A model generated the notes under the pieces. The model saw only the letters and a list, made by a program, of their open reading frames with translations. It did not search any database and was not told where the DNA came from. From Nitrososphaerota archaeon (GTDB lineage Archaea; Thermoproteota; Nitrososphaeria; Nitrososphaerales; Nitrosopumilaceae), in assembly GCA_021325595.1 (NCBI GenBank), contig JAJPGX010000005.1:49797-81796 (forward strand): DNA of 32,000 nt. Direction: 5' to 3'. The position numbers were made by a program, and so were the translations under genes. Positions 10,184 through 17,442 of the stretch are shown here, in pieces (positions within the stretch are counted from its first letter, which is position 1; every line of letters starts with the position of its first letter).

Positions 10184-11455
10184 GTGTTAATTCGAAACAT
10201 TCAGAAATTACGGACAAGCAAACAGAAAAAAATCGTACTTTCTATTTTGGAATCAGGTCTTAAAGCAGGAATGCCTGACACGGTGTTGAAGAAAATTGTG
10301 TACAAAAACAAGATTGTTGTTGAGAATAAAACTTACAACCTTGATAATTATGAACGCGTATTTGTTGTAGCAGTCGGAAAAGCAGCTTTTTCCATGACTT
10401 GTTCTGTTTGTAAATATGCTAGAATACGTGGAGGAATAATTGTAATTCCAGATAATGTAAAACATCACAAAATTTCAGGATTTAAAATAATCAAAAGCAG
10501 TCATCCAATACCTGATAAAAAAAGTATCAATGCAGCAAACTCGATTATTTCTTTTCTTAGTAAAGTGGATCCACAGGATCTTGTCATTTTTCTTTTCTCA
10601 GGGGGAACATCATCTCTTACAGCCCTTCCCGACTGCATATCTATTAAAGAAAAACAGGTAACAACTAGACTTTTACTAAGATGTGGGGCTACAATAAATG
10701 AGATTAATTGTATTCGAAAACATCTCTCCAAGATCAAAGGTGGAAAACTTGCCAGATATGTAAGGTGTAAAGCGTTATCGCTTATAATGTCAGATGTAAT
10801 AGGAAACGATCTCTCTTCTATTGTTTCAGGTATCACATATGGTGATAACACCACATTTTCTGATGCAAAAAAGATCTTGGAAAAATACCATATTGAAAAT
10901 CTTGTACCAAGTAAAGTCATGCAACATATCGAAGCAGGAATTACAAAAAAACAAAAGAGTACTCATACTAGAAAAATAGAAAATTACATAATTTGTGATA
11001 ATAACGTCTGTCTTGAAGCCATGAATAAGCAAGCAAAAAAACTTGGCCTTTCTACTATCTTGTTAAAGGGTATAACAGGAAACATATCTGATGTTTCCAA
11101 AAGACTAGTACGGATCACAAAAAGAAAACACTGTCTAATTTTTGGTGGCGAGACAACAGTTACAGTAACAGGATCTGGAAAAGGTGGCAGAAATCAAGAG
11201 TTGGCATTACGACTTGTTGAATTACTTGCAAAAAACAAGATCAAGGCTGTAGTTGCATGTATGGGCACTGATGGTGTTGATGGAAACACAGATGCTGCAG
11301 GAGCAATAAGTGAATCTGGTACACCATCAGATAAGATCAGATCATTTTTAGAAAATAATGACTCTTATCACTATTTTAAAAAATATGGAGGTCATATCAT
11401 CACAGGTCCAACACAGACAAATCTTGCTGATATAGGCGTAATTCTAAGAATTTAG
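10184..11455 (+). CDS. Glycerate 2-kinase / hydroxypyruvate reductase family (DUF4147 + MOFRL domains)
   Basis: 423 aa with a GTG start. The N-terminal region has VVAVGKAAFSM. The C-terminal region has FGGETTVTVTGSGKGGRNQELAL and GTDGVDGNTDAAGA, which are characteristic of the TtuD/GckA-type family. Confidence 0.85.
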   Translation: MLIRNIQKLRTSKQKKIVLSILESGLKAGMPDTVLKKIVYKNKIVVENKTYNLDNYERVFVVAVGKAAFSMTCSVCKYARIRGGIIVIPDNVKHHKISGFKIIKSSHPIPDKKSINAANSIISFLSKVDPQDLVIFLFSGGTSSLTALPDCISIKEKQVTTRLLLRCGATINEINCIRKHLSKIKGGKLARYVRCKALSLIMSDVIGNDLSSIVSGITYGDNTTFSDAKKILEKYHIENLVPSKVMQHIEAGITKKQKSTHTRKIENYIICDNNVCLEAMNKQAKKLGLSTILLKGITGNISDVSKRLVRITKRKHCLIFGGETTVTVTGSGKGGRNQELALRLVELLAKNKIKAVVACMGTDGVDGNTDAAGAISESGTPSDKIRSFLENNDSYHYFKKYGGHIITGPTQTNLADIGVILRI

Positions 11456-11839
11456 CATGACATGAGCTTTATTCTCTAAAGGTTTAATCATCTGATATCT
11501 GACATCCAAAGTTCTTTGGTTTATCAACTGTAAAATGAAATTTGTTCTATGTTCTATGAACTTGTCTTGCGTTTTTTTGTTTGTAGCCAAGTGTTCAAAC
11601 ATGGATTTGAGATCAAGCATGACTTTTACAGTGTCGCCGTTTTTTATTATGAATCTGCCAATTCCCCAAAAGATCCCGACATGTAATGCTATGTATTTTG
11701 ATTGCTCGATTGAAACTTTATCATAATAATATTCTGCATGAACTCGTTTTTGATCTTCTGACATTCCATTGGTTTCAATTCTCCATGAGATCATTTTCTC
11801 ATTTCCATCAAAATAAAACACATGCTCCATGTCAATCAA
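11444..11839 (-). CDS. Hypothetical protein with weak, degenerate RNase H-like (RVT_3-type) resemblance
   Basis: 131 aa. The start is TTG at 11839, or ATG at 11830. The series FYFDGN .. SKYIALHVGIFWGI .. VKVMLDLKSM .. ENKAH loosely follows the DG / AEYxAL / DS / NxxAD pattern of RNase HI-like proteins, but with substituted catalytic residues. This is a weak call. Confidence 0.45.
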   Translation of the reverse strand: MIDMEHVFYFDGNEKMISWRIETNGMSEDQKRVHAEYYYDKVSIEQSKYIALHVGIFWGIGRFIIKNGDTVKVMLDLKSMFEHLATNKKTQDKFIEHRTNFILQLINQRTLDVRYQMIKPLENKAHVMLNS

Positions 11840-11904
11840 AAGGGTGTTGATTGTCTATATATTTTGAATATACTGCTGAATAACAAAAATAAAAATCTGC
11901 TATC

Positions 11905-12111
11905 ATGCTAGAGGCAAATTCGTTTTTCACCAACATGGTGGATGAATTAGTCGAGTTCTCAGAATATGATCCAGAACTTGCAGAAGGTTTGCGATGGATT
12001 GACACTGAGGCACAAAAGCTAGGAATTACATTTTATGAAATGGTCTTTCATGTATTGCATAGATATGACATTGATACAAAAGCAAAAAGCTGGCTCTCGC
12101 ATAGAAACTAG
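11905..12111 (+). CDS. Small conserved hypothetical protein (paralogue of 14842..15069)
   Basis: 68 aa with an ATG start. It shares LVD..V....DP...E....D.E.Q.LGI[TS]FY[ED]M with the 75-aa ORF at 14842..15069. This paralogy supports both as real genes. Confidence 0.6.
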   Translation: MLEANSFFTNMVDELVEFSEYDPELAEGLRWIDTEAQKLGITFYEMVFHVLHRYDIDTKAKSWLSHRN

Positions 12112-12146
12112 TATCAAAATTGTATGTCTGATCTAATTTTTGCTAG

Positions 12147-13319
12147 CTAAACGTCAACAAGCCTTTTTTCAATTGGAACATATTCGCATCCTGAAGGGCC
12201 ACAATATTTTCCAACATAGACTGCCTTTGGTCTGTAAAGCATTGGTTTTGGAGCCGCTTCTGCAAATTTTTCCTCAATAATATGCGCAGTCCACCCTGAT
12301 ACTCGTGATATTGCAAAAATTGGTGTATTAAGATCCATTGGAATTCCAAGCATGTAATATGTTGATGCACTATACAGGTCCACATTTGGAAAAATGTCTG
12401 AGCCTTTTATTTTTTTCATTTCTTCTTCTGTAACATCTTCTATTCTTTGTGTTATGTTATACCACGGTTGACCAGTTTTCTCTGACAGTCTTTTTGATAG
12501 CTCACGCAAAACTTCAGCCCTTGGATCAAACGTTTTGTATACCGCATGTCCCATTCCCATTATCTTATTACCTTTGGCAAGTTTGTCTTTGATCCACTGT
12601 TCCACCTTATCTTCTGAACCTATTTCAAGTAGCATCTTCATGACTTGGTAATTGGCACCGCCATGTAATTCACCACTTAATGCACCTACTGCAGCGCTTA
12701 CAGCAGCAAACATGTGAGCACGTGTTGAGGCAACTTCTCTTGCAGCAAAAGTTGATGCGTTAAAACTATGCTCTGCATGCAATATTAAACAAATGTCAAA
12801 TATTCTAGTAATTTCAGTATCTGGCTCTTTTCCTGTTAACATGTATAAAAAGTTGCCAGCATGATTTAATTTCTTGGATGGATGCACTATTTCTTTACCG
12901 CTTCTGATACGATCCCATGCTGCTACAATAATCGGTGTCATTGAAATGAGATTGATGGCTCTGTTGTAGTTGGCCTCCCGGTCATCGCCTTTTTCCTTGT
13001 CATATACTGACATCATTGCTATCATGGCTTGTAATATGTCCATGGGATTGGCAGTTTTTGGCAGGTCCCTTAGACCTTTTTCAAGACTCTCTGGTATTTG
13101 TCTTGCATCGACAAGTTTTTTTGAGAATTCATCAAGTGTTTTTTTTGTTGGCAAATCCTCATTTAGGAGAAGACAAGATGTCTCCTCAAAAGTAGATTTT
13201 TTTACTAGATCTAAAATATCATATCCTCTATAGATGAGTTTTCCATTAATTCCATCAATTGCAGAAATTTTTGTATCAGCTACCTCGATGTTACGAAGAC
13301 CAATATTTTTTGTTTGCAC
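12147..13319 (-). CDS. Citrate synthase (small, archaeal/Gram-positive type)
   Basis: 390 aa with a GTG start; there is no in-frame ATG upstream before a stop. Catalytic-region motifs include LILHAEHSFNASTFAAR, GALSGELHGGAN and MGMGHAVYKTFDPRA. 2-methylcitrate synthase cannot be excluded from the sequence alone. Confidence 0.93.
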   Translation of the reverse strand: MQTKNIGLRNIEVADTKISAIDGINGKLIYRGYDILDLVKKSTFEETSCLLLNEDLPTKKTLDEFSKKLVDARQIPESLEKGLRDLPKTANPMDILQAMIAMMSVYDKEKGDDREANYNRAINLISMTPIIVAAWDRIRSGKEIVHPSKKLNHAGNFLYMLTGKEPDTEITRIFDICLILHAEHSFNASTFAAREVASTRAHMFAAVSAAVGALSGELHGGANYQVMKMLLEIGSEDKVEQWIKDKLAKGNKIMGMGHAVYKTFDPRAEVLRELSKRLSEKTGQPWYNITQRIEDVTEEEMKKIKGSDIFPNVDLYSASTYYMLGIPMDLNTPIFAISRVSGWTAHIIEEKFAEAAPKPMLYRPKAVYVGKYCGPSGCEYVPIEKRLVDV

Positions 13320-13528
13320 TATTATTAATGCAAAAAATGTGTATTAATTTATTACTAGACATGAAAAACTCGTTTATTGCATCAAAAGATTATACAAAAG
13401 TTGAGGGTAAATGCCTCTATTGATTATTTTCATTTCAATAAACTAGTAATAGGGATTAACTAGATATTCACCTACGAATCTACGCGATTTAATTTTAAAA
13501 ATTACTGTTGTTACTTGATTTAGGTACA

Positions 13529-13565
13529 AATTCCGACAAAAAGTGTCGGAATACATGTCGGAATT
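13529..13565. promoter_or_regulatory. Inverted/direct repeat cluster built on TCCGACA / TGTCGGA
   Basis: AATTCCGACA (13529-13538) is complementary to TGTCGGAAT (13544-13552) and to TGTCGGAATT (13556-13565). A fourth copy in the first orientation, TCCGACAAAA, lies at 13636-13645 and is identical over 10 nt to 13532-13541. Confidence 0.5.
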
Positions 13566-13594
13566 GATAAATTTCCACTTCAGCAATCAGCTTT

Positions 13595-13931
13595 TAGTGA
13601 AAGTCATATGTGTTTAATGTTGCATTTGTAAGCTATCCGACAAAACCCACGCCTAAAATTGTGATCCTTTGTAAGCTGACTGTTACTAGTGAATGAAATT
13701 GTAAATCTGTGAACTTCATCAATTCGTTAATGAAAATACTCCTTGTGAAGGTGTGAATACGCATGGAAAAAAGAGAGCTAACTTGTAAACTTCAGAATAG
13801 TTGTGAAGGGTTCATTGTTTTAGTGAAGATTTTTCATTTTTAATGTAAGTAGTGAATGGGACTGATCATTAAAGCCATTTCTGAAATAGACAAACATTTT
13901 ATCATTAATTAACAAAATACAATTCTGTGAA
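13595..13931 (+). repeat. Iteron-like array of same-strand GTGAA / GTAAR motifs
   Basis: GTGAA starts at 13597, 13689, 13709, 13745, 13753, 13803, 13823, 13852 and 13927. GTAAR starts at 13628, 13671, 13701, 13785 and 13845. Longer recurring words are TAGTGAA x4 (13595, 13687, 13821, 13850), TTGTGAAGG x2 (13743, 13801) and TTTGTAAGCT x2 (13625, 13668). All copies are on one strand. Confidence 0.7.
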
Positions 13932-14253
13932 AGATGATACGTATATTGGCATTGAAGAAGCGACTAATCTCTTGGGTCGCATACGACAAGAAAGAGGGTT
14001 AATTTCTCATGGCAATTCATGGCGCTATTGGATGAAACATAGAGACATAACCAAAAATACTATAGAAATTACTGGGATTAAAGTACCATTTTTTGTAATT
14101 AGACGAAAGATATGTGTCAATAAACAAGAATTTCTCAATAAAGCGATAATTCACTCAGACAATGAAAAAGAATCAATAATTAGAAGAGAAAATGGTCCGA
14201 TTGAAGGTAAGGGCATAGTCAACGGGGCATTTGTAGAAATCATACATGGATAG
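13927..14253 (+). CDS. Hypothetical DNA-binding protein, excisionase/MerR-like HTH (HTH_17-type) resemblance
   Basis: 108 aa; a GTG start is required because no in-frame ATG lies near the 5' end. IGIEEATNLLG ... VPFFVIRRKICVNKQEFL resembles the LTxxEAAxxLG ... RRWRIxxxDLxxFL pattern of excisionase-family HTH proteins, with an insertion. Moderate confidence. Confidence 0.5.
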   Translation: MKDDTYIGIEEATNLLGRIRQERGLISHGNSWRYWMKHRDITKNTIEITGIKVPFFVIRRKICVNKQEFLNKAIIHSDNEKESIIRRENGPIEGKGIVNGAFVEIIHG

Positions 14254-14257
14254 TGGG

Positions 14258-14422
14258 ATGACTGATTCTTACTATGTATGTCGAAAATGTGAACGCCAAG
14301 CTGAGACTAAACATGAAAAAGAAGAATGTCACGTGTGTAGAGATTGGATTAATGGCTGTGGACGCAATTGCACTTTATCTCATTTGATTTGTGAGAATTG
14401 TCGCATTGTTCAGGAATTTTAA
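14258..14422 (+). CDS. Small zinc-ribbon protein (four Cys pairs), absent from the ORF track
   Basis: My translation is MTDSYYVCRKCERQAETKHEKEECHVCRDWINGCGRNCTLSHLICENCRIVQEF (54 aa). The Cys pairs are C8/C11, C24/C27, C34/C38 and C45/C48. The ATG lies 4 nt after the stop of the HTH ORF, which suggests co-transcription. Confidence 0.5.
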   Translation: MTDSYYVCRKCERQAETKHEKEECHVCRDWINGCGRNCTLSHLICENCRIVQEF

Positions 14423-14619
14423 AAAATTATAAAATCTACACGTCTAATCCTATAATTTCTCATTTCCTCTAAATCTGTTCCAGTATATCGGATTGCTCCA
14501 GAATATGCCTTTGATCCAATCACGGATGGTACTTCAGATTCTGTGTATGTTGTACTAGGGTAACCCAAGTTTCTTGCGTGCCTCCATCTCATCTTGTACA
14601 TCCTTCCATCCGCTCGCAT
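14419..14619 (-). CDS. Questionable ORF (66 aa, basic), function unknown
   Basis: ATG start with an in-frame stop 2 codons upstream. G+C is higher than in neighbouring genes. It converges on and overlaps the zinc-ribbon ORF by 4 nt. No motif was recognised, and the segment may instead be part of a non-coding GC-rich region. Confidence 0.25.
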   Translation of the reverse strand: MRADGRMYKMRWRHARNLGYPSTTYTESEVPSVIGSKAYSGAIRYTGTDLEEMRNYRIRRVDFIIF

Positions 14620-14640
14620 CTTTTCCTAGAAAAAGGCAAT

Positions 14641-14758
14641 CCTGTACTTGGCGCTCAAATGTACAACTACTTGCCGTTTTTGGCAGCAGGTGCCATGGCG
14701 AAGCTCAGCCAATGTAGTTGGAAACTCGCTATTGCTTGGAAGATACAGGCCTAGTCAG
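14641..14758. ncRNA. Candidate structured RNA (class unknown) in a GC-enriched non-coding stretch
   Basis: By hand count, 59 of 120 nt (14641..14760) are G+C, in a window of roughly one-third G+C. Possible helices are CCTGTA (14641-46)/TACAGG (14753-58), CAACTAC (14664-70)/GTAGTTG (14714-20), and an inner TGCC/GGCA hairpin. No long ORF is present. Strand and class are unresolved. Confidence 0.2.
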
Positions 14759-14841
14759 ATTTTAGCAAAAAATTAAGCAACTAGTCTAATCTTGCAACTT
14801 GCGTCCATAAAGGAAAATTTTTCAAACAAAATCTGGTACGA

Positions 14842-15069
14842 TTGACACAGTGGGAGCAAGAGTTTATCAAATTGGTAGACAACTTTGTGGCAGAAACTAA
14901 GGACCCAAGGATACTTGAAGAGATTGCCCAACTTGATAGGGAATCTCAGCTTTTGGGGATTTCATTTTATGACATGTACAGCGTTGTCATGCAGGACGTC
15001 AAGGGGCACCAGAACCTAGTTGCAGAGTTTAAGACATACATGAGTCTAAAAAAAGCCAAGCCTGTTTAG
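14842..15069 (+). CDS. Small conserved hypothetical protein (paralogue of 11905..12111)
   Basis: 75 aa with a TTG start. It shares the LVD...DP...Q.LGISFYDM core with the 68-aa ORF at 11905..12111. Confidence 0.55.
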   Translation: MTQWEQEFIKLVDNFVAETKDPRILEEIAQLDRESQLLGISFYDMYSVVMQDVKGHQNLVAEFKTYMSLKKAKPV

Positions 15070-15193
15070 TCTGATTGAATACCATATCAACGTAAGAGTT
15101 TAACGTTGTAGTGATTTTGTTTACCTTTGAGAGTCAAGAATTAACAATTAATAGGACATAGAGACCTATGATCACCATTACATACCCAAAACC

Positions 15194-15451
15194 CTAACGC
15201 ATCAAATCTACACTACGAATCAAATCGCGATTATTGATTTCGTTAATTTCTTCACCATGAAGTCTTCTCATCTCTACTTGCAACGCTCTAATTGAAGAGC
15301 CTGCAAATGGAAGAATAATAGCCCACACACCTATCGATAAAATTTTTTCCATAATTGATCCATTTGTATGTGTAGCAAATGTTATTGTGAGGAGAACCAA
15401 AACTCCAGCTATTACAGTTGCATTAATTTGAAGAATTTCTTGGATTTTCAA
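15194..15451 (-). CDS. Hypothetical small membrane protein (two TM helices)
   Basis: 85 aa with a TTG start. The hydrophobic segments are VIAGVLVLLTITFA and ILSIGVWAIILPFAG. No family was recognised. Confidence 0.45.
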   Translation of the reverse strand: MKIQEILQINATVIAGVLVLLTITFATHTNGSIMEKILSIGVWAIILPFAGSSIRALQVEMRRLHGEEINEINNRDLIRSVDLMR

Positions 15452-15624
15452 CTACTGATTATGATCTTAACTTAACTTCTTAATCTAAAGCTTTACTACA
15501 AACAGCATGTTTTCCGCTTCAAATTGGGGGTTAATCATTTTTACTCTCTGTCAATGAATTTGTTTAAATTTGTGGTTTCAGATCTCTGGGGGATTTCAGT
15601 CTTGTAAAACACAATTAATTTGAT

Positions 15625-15635
15625 TTATTTAAATT
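15625..15635 (+). promoter_or_regulatory. TATA-like box for the DHH phosphoesterase gene
   Basis: TTATTTAAATT is centred about 29 nt upstream of ATG 15660, consistent with a leaderless archaeal transcript. A near-duplicate box, TTTAAATTTGTGG, lies at 15563-15575. Confidence 0.3.
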
Positions 15636-15659
15636 GGGGTCATCTAGCCTGAGAAACTG

Positions 15660-16640
15660 ATGGCTAGAACCAAAATCATTTGTGTATCACACAAAGAAGA
15701 CGCTGACGGAATAGGGGCGGCATCGCTAATCAGACAGGCCTTTGGGGGAGAGACAAGACTAGTCGATTATCCTGGATTGATGAATGAACTAGAACAGCTA
15801 AAAAACAACGATAGTCTCAAAACACTATACATATGTGATTTGGGCTTGAGCAAGACAAACCAAGACCAGTTTGTTGAACTGCTAAAAGACCTGAGAAAAA
15901 AGAAAGTAGCCATTACATACATTGACCATCATGATATTGAAGAGTCAATCAAGAAAAAGATCAAGGCACTCAAAGTAAAACTAGTACACCAAATAGACGA
16001 GTGTACCACAGTTCAGGTCTATGACACTTTCAAAACAAAATTAGATGATCACGCCTCATTTCTTGCAGCATGTGCTGCAGTTACAGATTACATGGACGGA
16101 AAACCAATGGGTTCTAAACTGTTGCAAAGATTTGACAGACAATTTGTGTTGCTTGAAGCCACCGTTCTTACATTTACTATTACAAGTCACCAAAAAGACA
16201 ATGAATACTTGCTTTATCTAGTAGACGAGCTAAGCGAGAAAAAATACCCACACGAGTTACCAAATACATTTGAGTTTGCAAGACTGCAGGCAGAAAAAAT
16301 CTCAAGTGTAATACAAAAAGTCAAAGACAATATGAAAAAAATGAAAAACCTAGCATACATGGAAGTAACAGACTCTGGTGCCAGCATGGTGGTAAATTTT
16401 GTTTTAGGGTTGTCCGGAAAAGAAGTTGGCGTATCATACAAGCTACGTGAAGAGCAAGGAATCTATGCTGTATCAATTCGAGGCGCAAGAAGCTGCAAGA
16501 TACACTTGGGCAGACTGGTAAATCAACTAGCAACTGATCTAGGTGGTTCAGGAGGTGGTCATGACAAGGCATGCGGTGCAGTAATTCCAAAAGAAAAGAT
16601 TGGAATGTTTTTGAAAAAATTCAATTCAAAGCTCAAGTAA
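15660..16640 (+). CDS. DHH-family phosphoesterase (DHH + DHHA1; NrnA/RecJ-like)
   Basis: 326 aa. Motifs: HKEDADGIGAAS, CDLG, YIDHHD (the DHH motif) and C-terminal GGSGGGHDKACGA (the GGGH motif of DHHA1). Confidence 0.85.
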   Translation: MARTKIICVSHKEDADGIGAASLIRQAFGGETRLVDYPGLMNELEQLKNNDSLKTLYICDLGLSKTNQDQFVELLKDLRKKKVAITYIDHHDIEESIKKKIKALKVKLVHQIDECTTVQVYDTFKTKLDDHASFLAACAAVTDYMDGKPMGSKLLQRFDRQFVLLEATVLTFTITSHQKDNEYLLYLVDELSEKKYPHELPNTFEFARLQAEKISSVIQKVKDNMKKMKNLAYMEVTDSGASMVVNFVLGLSGKEVGVSYKLREEQGIYAVSIRGARSCKIHLGRLVNQLATDLGGSGGGHDKACGAVIPKEKIGMFLKKFNSKLK

Positions 16641-17088
16641 ACTCGGCAATGACATCAATCTCAACTGACGAGTCAAGCGGCAAACTTGCAACTCCTACTG
16701 CAATTCTTGAATGTTTTCCATTTTCTCCAAATATTTCATAGAGCAGATCTGATGCAGCGTTAATCACTTTTGGCTGTTCAGTAAAATCAGGAGAAGAATT
16801 CACAAATCCTGAAACACGAACTATTCTTGATATTCTATCAAGGCTTCCAATCTCTGATTTTATCTGTGATAACGCATTTAGTATGCAAAGCTTTGCTGCA
16901 CTTTGAGCCTCTTCAACTGTTGTATTTGTTGGAATCTTTCCTGTTACCTGTACTTTGCCATCTCTCATAGGTATCTGTCCTGAGACAAAGACCAAGTTTC
17001 CTGTCTTTACAACTGGAATGTACGAGCCTGCAGGCTTGGGGGGTGAAGGCAAGGCGATGTTCATCTTGGCAAGTTTTTCATCAATCAC
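16633..17088 (-). CDS. RidA/YjgF/UK114-family protein (reactive intermediate deaminase-like)
   Basis: 151 aa. PAGSYIPVVKTGNLVFVSGQIP and a C-terminal RIAVGVASLPLDSSVEIDVIAE are typical of the family. It converges on the DHH gene with an 8-nt overlap. Confidence 0.85.
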   Translation of the reverse strand: MIDEKLAKMNIALPSPPKPAGSYIPVVKTGNLVFVSGQIPMRDGKVQVTGKIPTNTTVEEAQSAAKLCILNALSQIKSEIGSLDRISRIVRVSGFVNSSPDFTEQPKVINAASDLLYEIFGENGKHSRIAVGVASLPLDSSVEIDVIAEFT

Positions 17089-17156
17089 GAGTATCGGTAG
17101 AAAATAAAGCTGTTTTAACTTTATGTTGATATAATACGATTAAGAAAATTATCCCT

Positions 17157-17381
17157 GTGGAAAAAAAGACACATGGGGACGAAATCCAAAAAGAGCTTGA
17201 AATAATATCGTCTCGTCTAAATGCACTTGAAGCCTCTACTCAAGACAAGCAGCAAAAAACATTACTTGGTATAATCAAACTGCTTGTAGAAAACCAAAAA
17301 CATTTCATAAAAGAATCAGATCACTTGAGAAAAGCAATGGATCTTCTTACTTTGCAAATATTTGAGCTTGAAAAGAAATAG
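17157..17381 (+). CDS. Hypothetical small coiled-coil protein
   Basis: 74 aa with a GTG start. It has a heptad-like charged, helical composition. No family was recognised. Confidence 0.4.
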   Translation: MEKKTHGDEIQKELEIISSRLNALEASTQDKQQKTLLGIIKLLVENQKHFIKESDHLRKAMDLLTLQIFELEKK

Positions 17382-17442
17382 TATAGCCAATATTATACTT
17401 CTAATAAAAGATTAAATTCAGCCCATAATTGTCAGACAACAA

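Noticed and set aside
12143-12385. 80-aa minus-strand ORF overlapping the 3' end of citrate synthase in another frame
   Set aside because: It is an alternative frame of a well-supported gene, with no independent signal.
13595-13931. Iteron array as the chromosomal replication origin
   Set aside because: There is no orc1/cdc6 gene or recognisable ORB-type element in the window. The motifs are short and one-stranded. A regulator or element-borne iteron function is the more conservative reading.
14419-14619. Tyrosine-recombinase C-terminal remnant (RWRHARNLGYPSTTYTE resembling the RH...LGH..TT..YTH pattern)
   Set aside because: The spacing between the RH and LGY elements is far too short. No upstream catalytic Arg or box I region exists in any frame of 14620..14840. 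The resemblance is most likely coincidental.
14659-14754. 31-aa + strand ORF (MYNYLPFLAAGAMAKLSQCSWKLAIAWKIQA) as an explanation for the GC-rich stretch
   Set aside because: It is too short, has no recognisable promoter spacing or motif, and cannot be supported from the sequence alone. It is noted as an alternative in the ncRNA finding.
14641-14758. tRNA or 5S rRNA in the GC-rich segment
   Set aside because: I found no T-loop (GGTTCRAATCC-like) or D-arm on either strand, and no cloverleaf could be drawn. The length and a closing helix are 5S-like, but the conserved 5S loop motifs are absent. The only trace is a loose CGAA..CTCAG..GAAAC resemblance. It is kept only as an unclassified ncRNA candidate.
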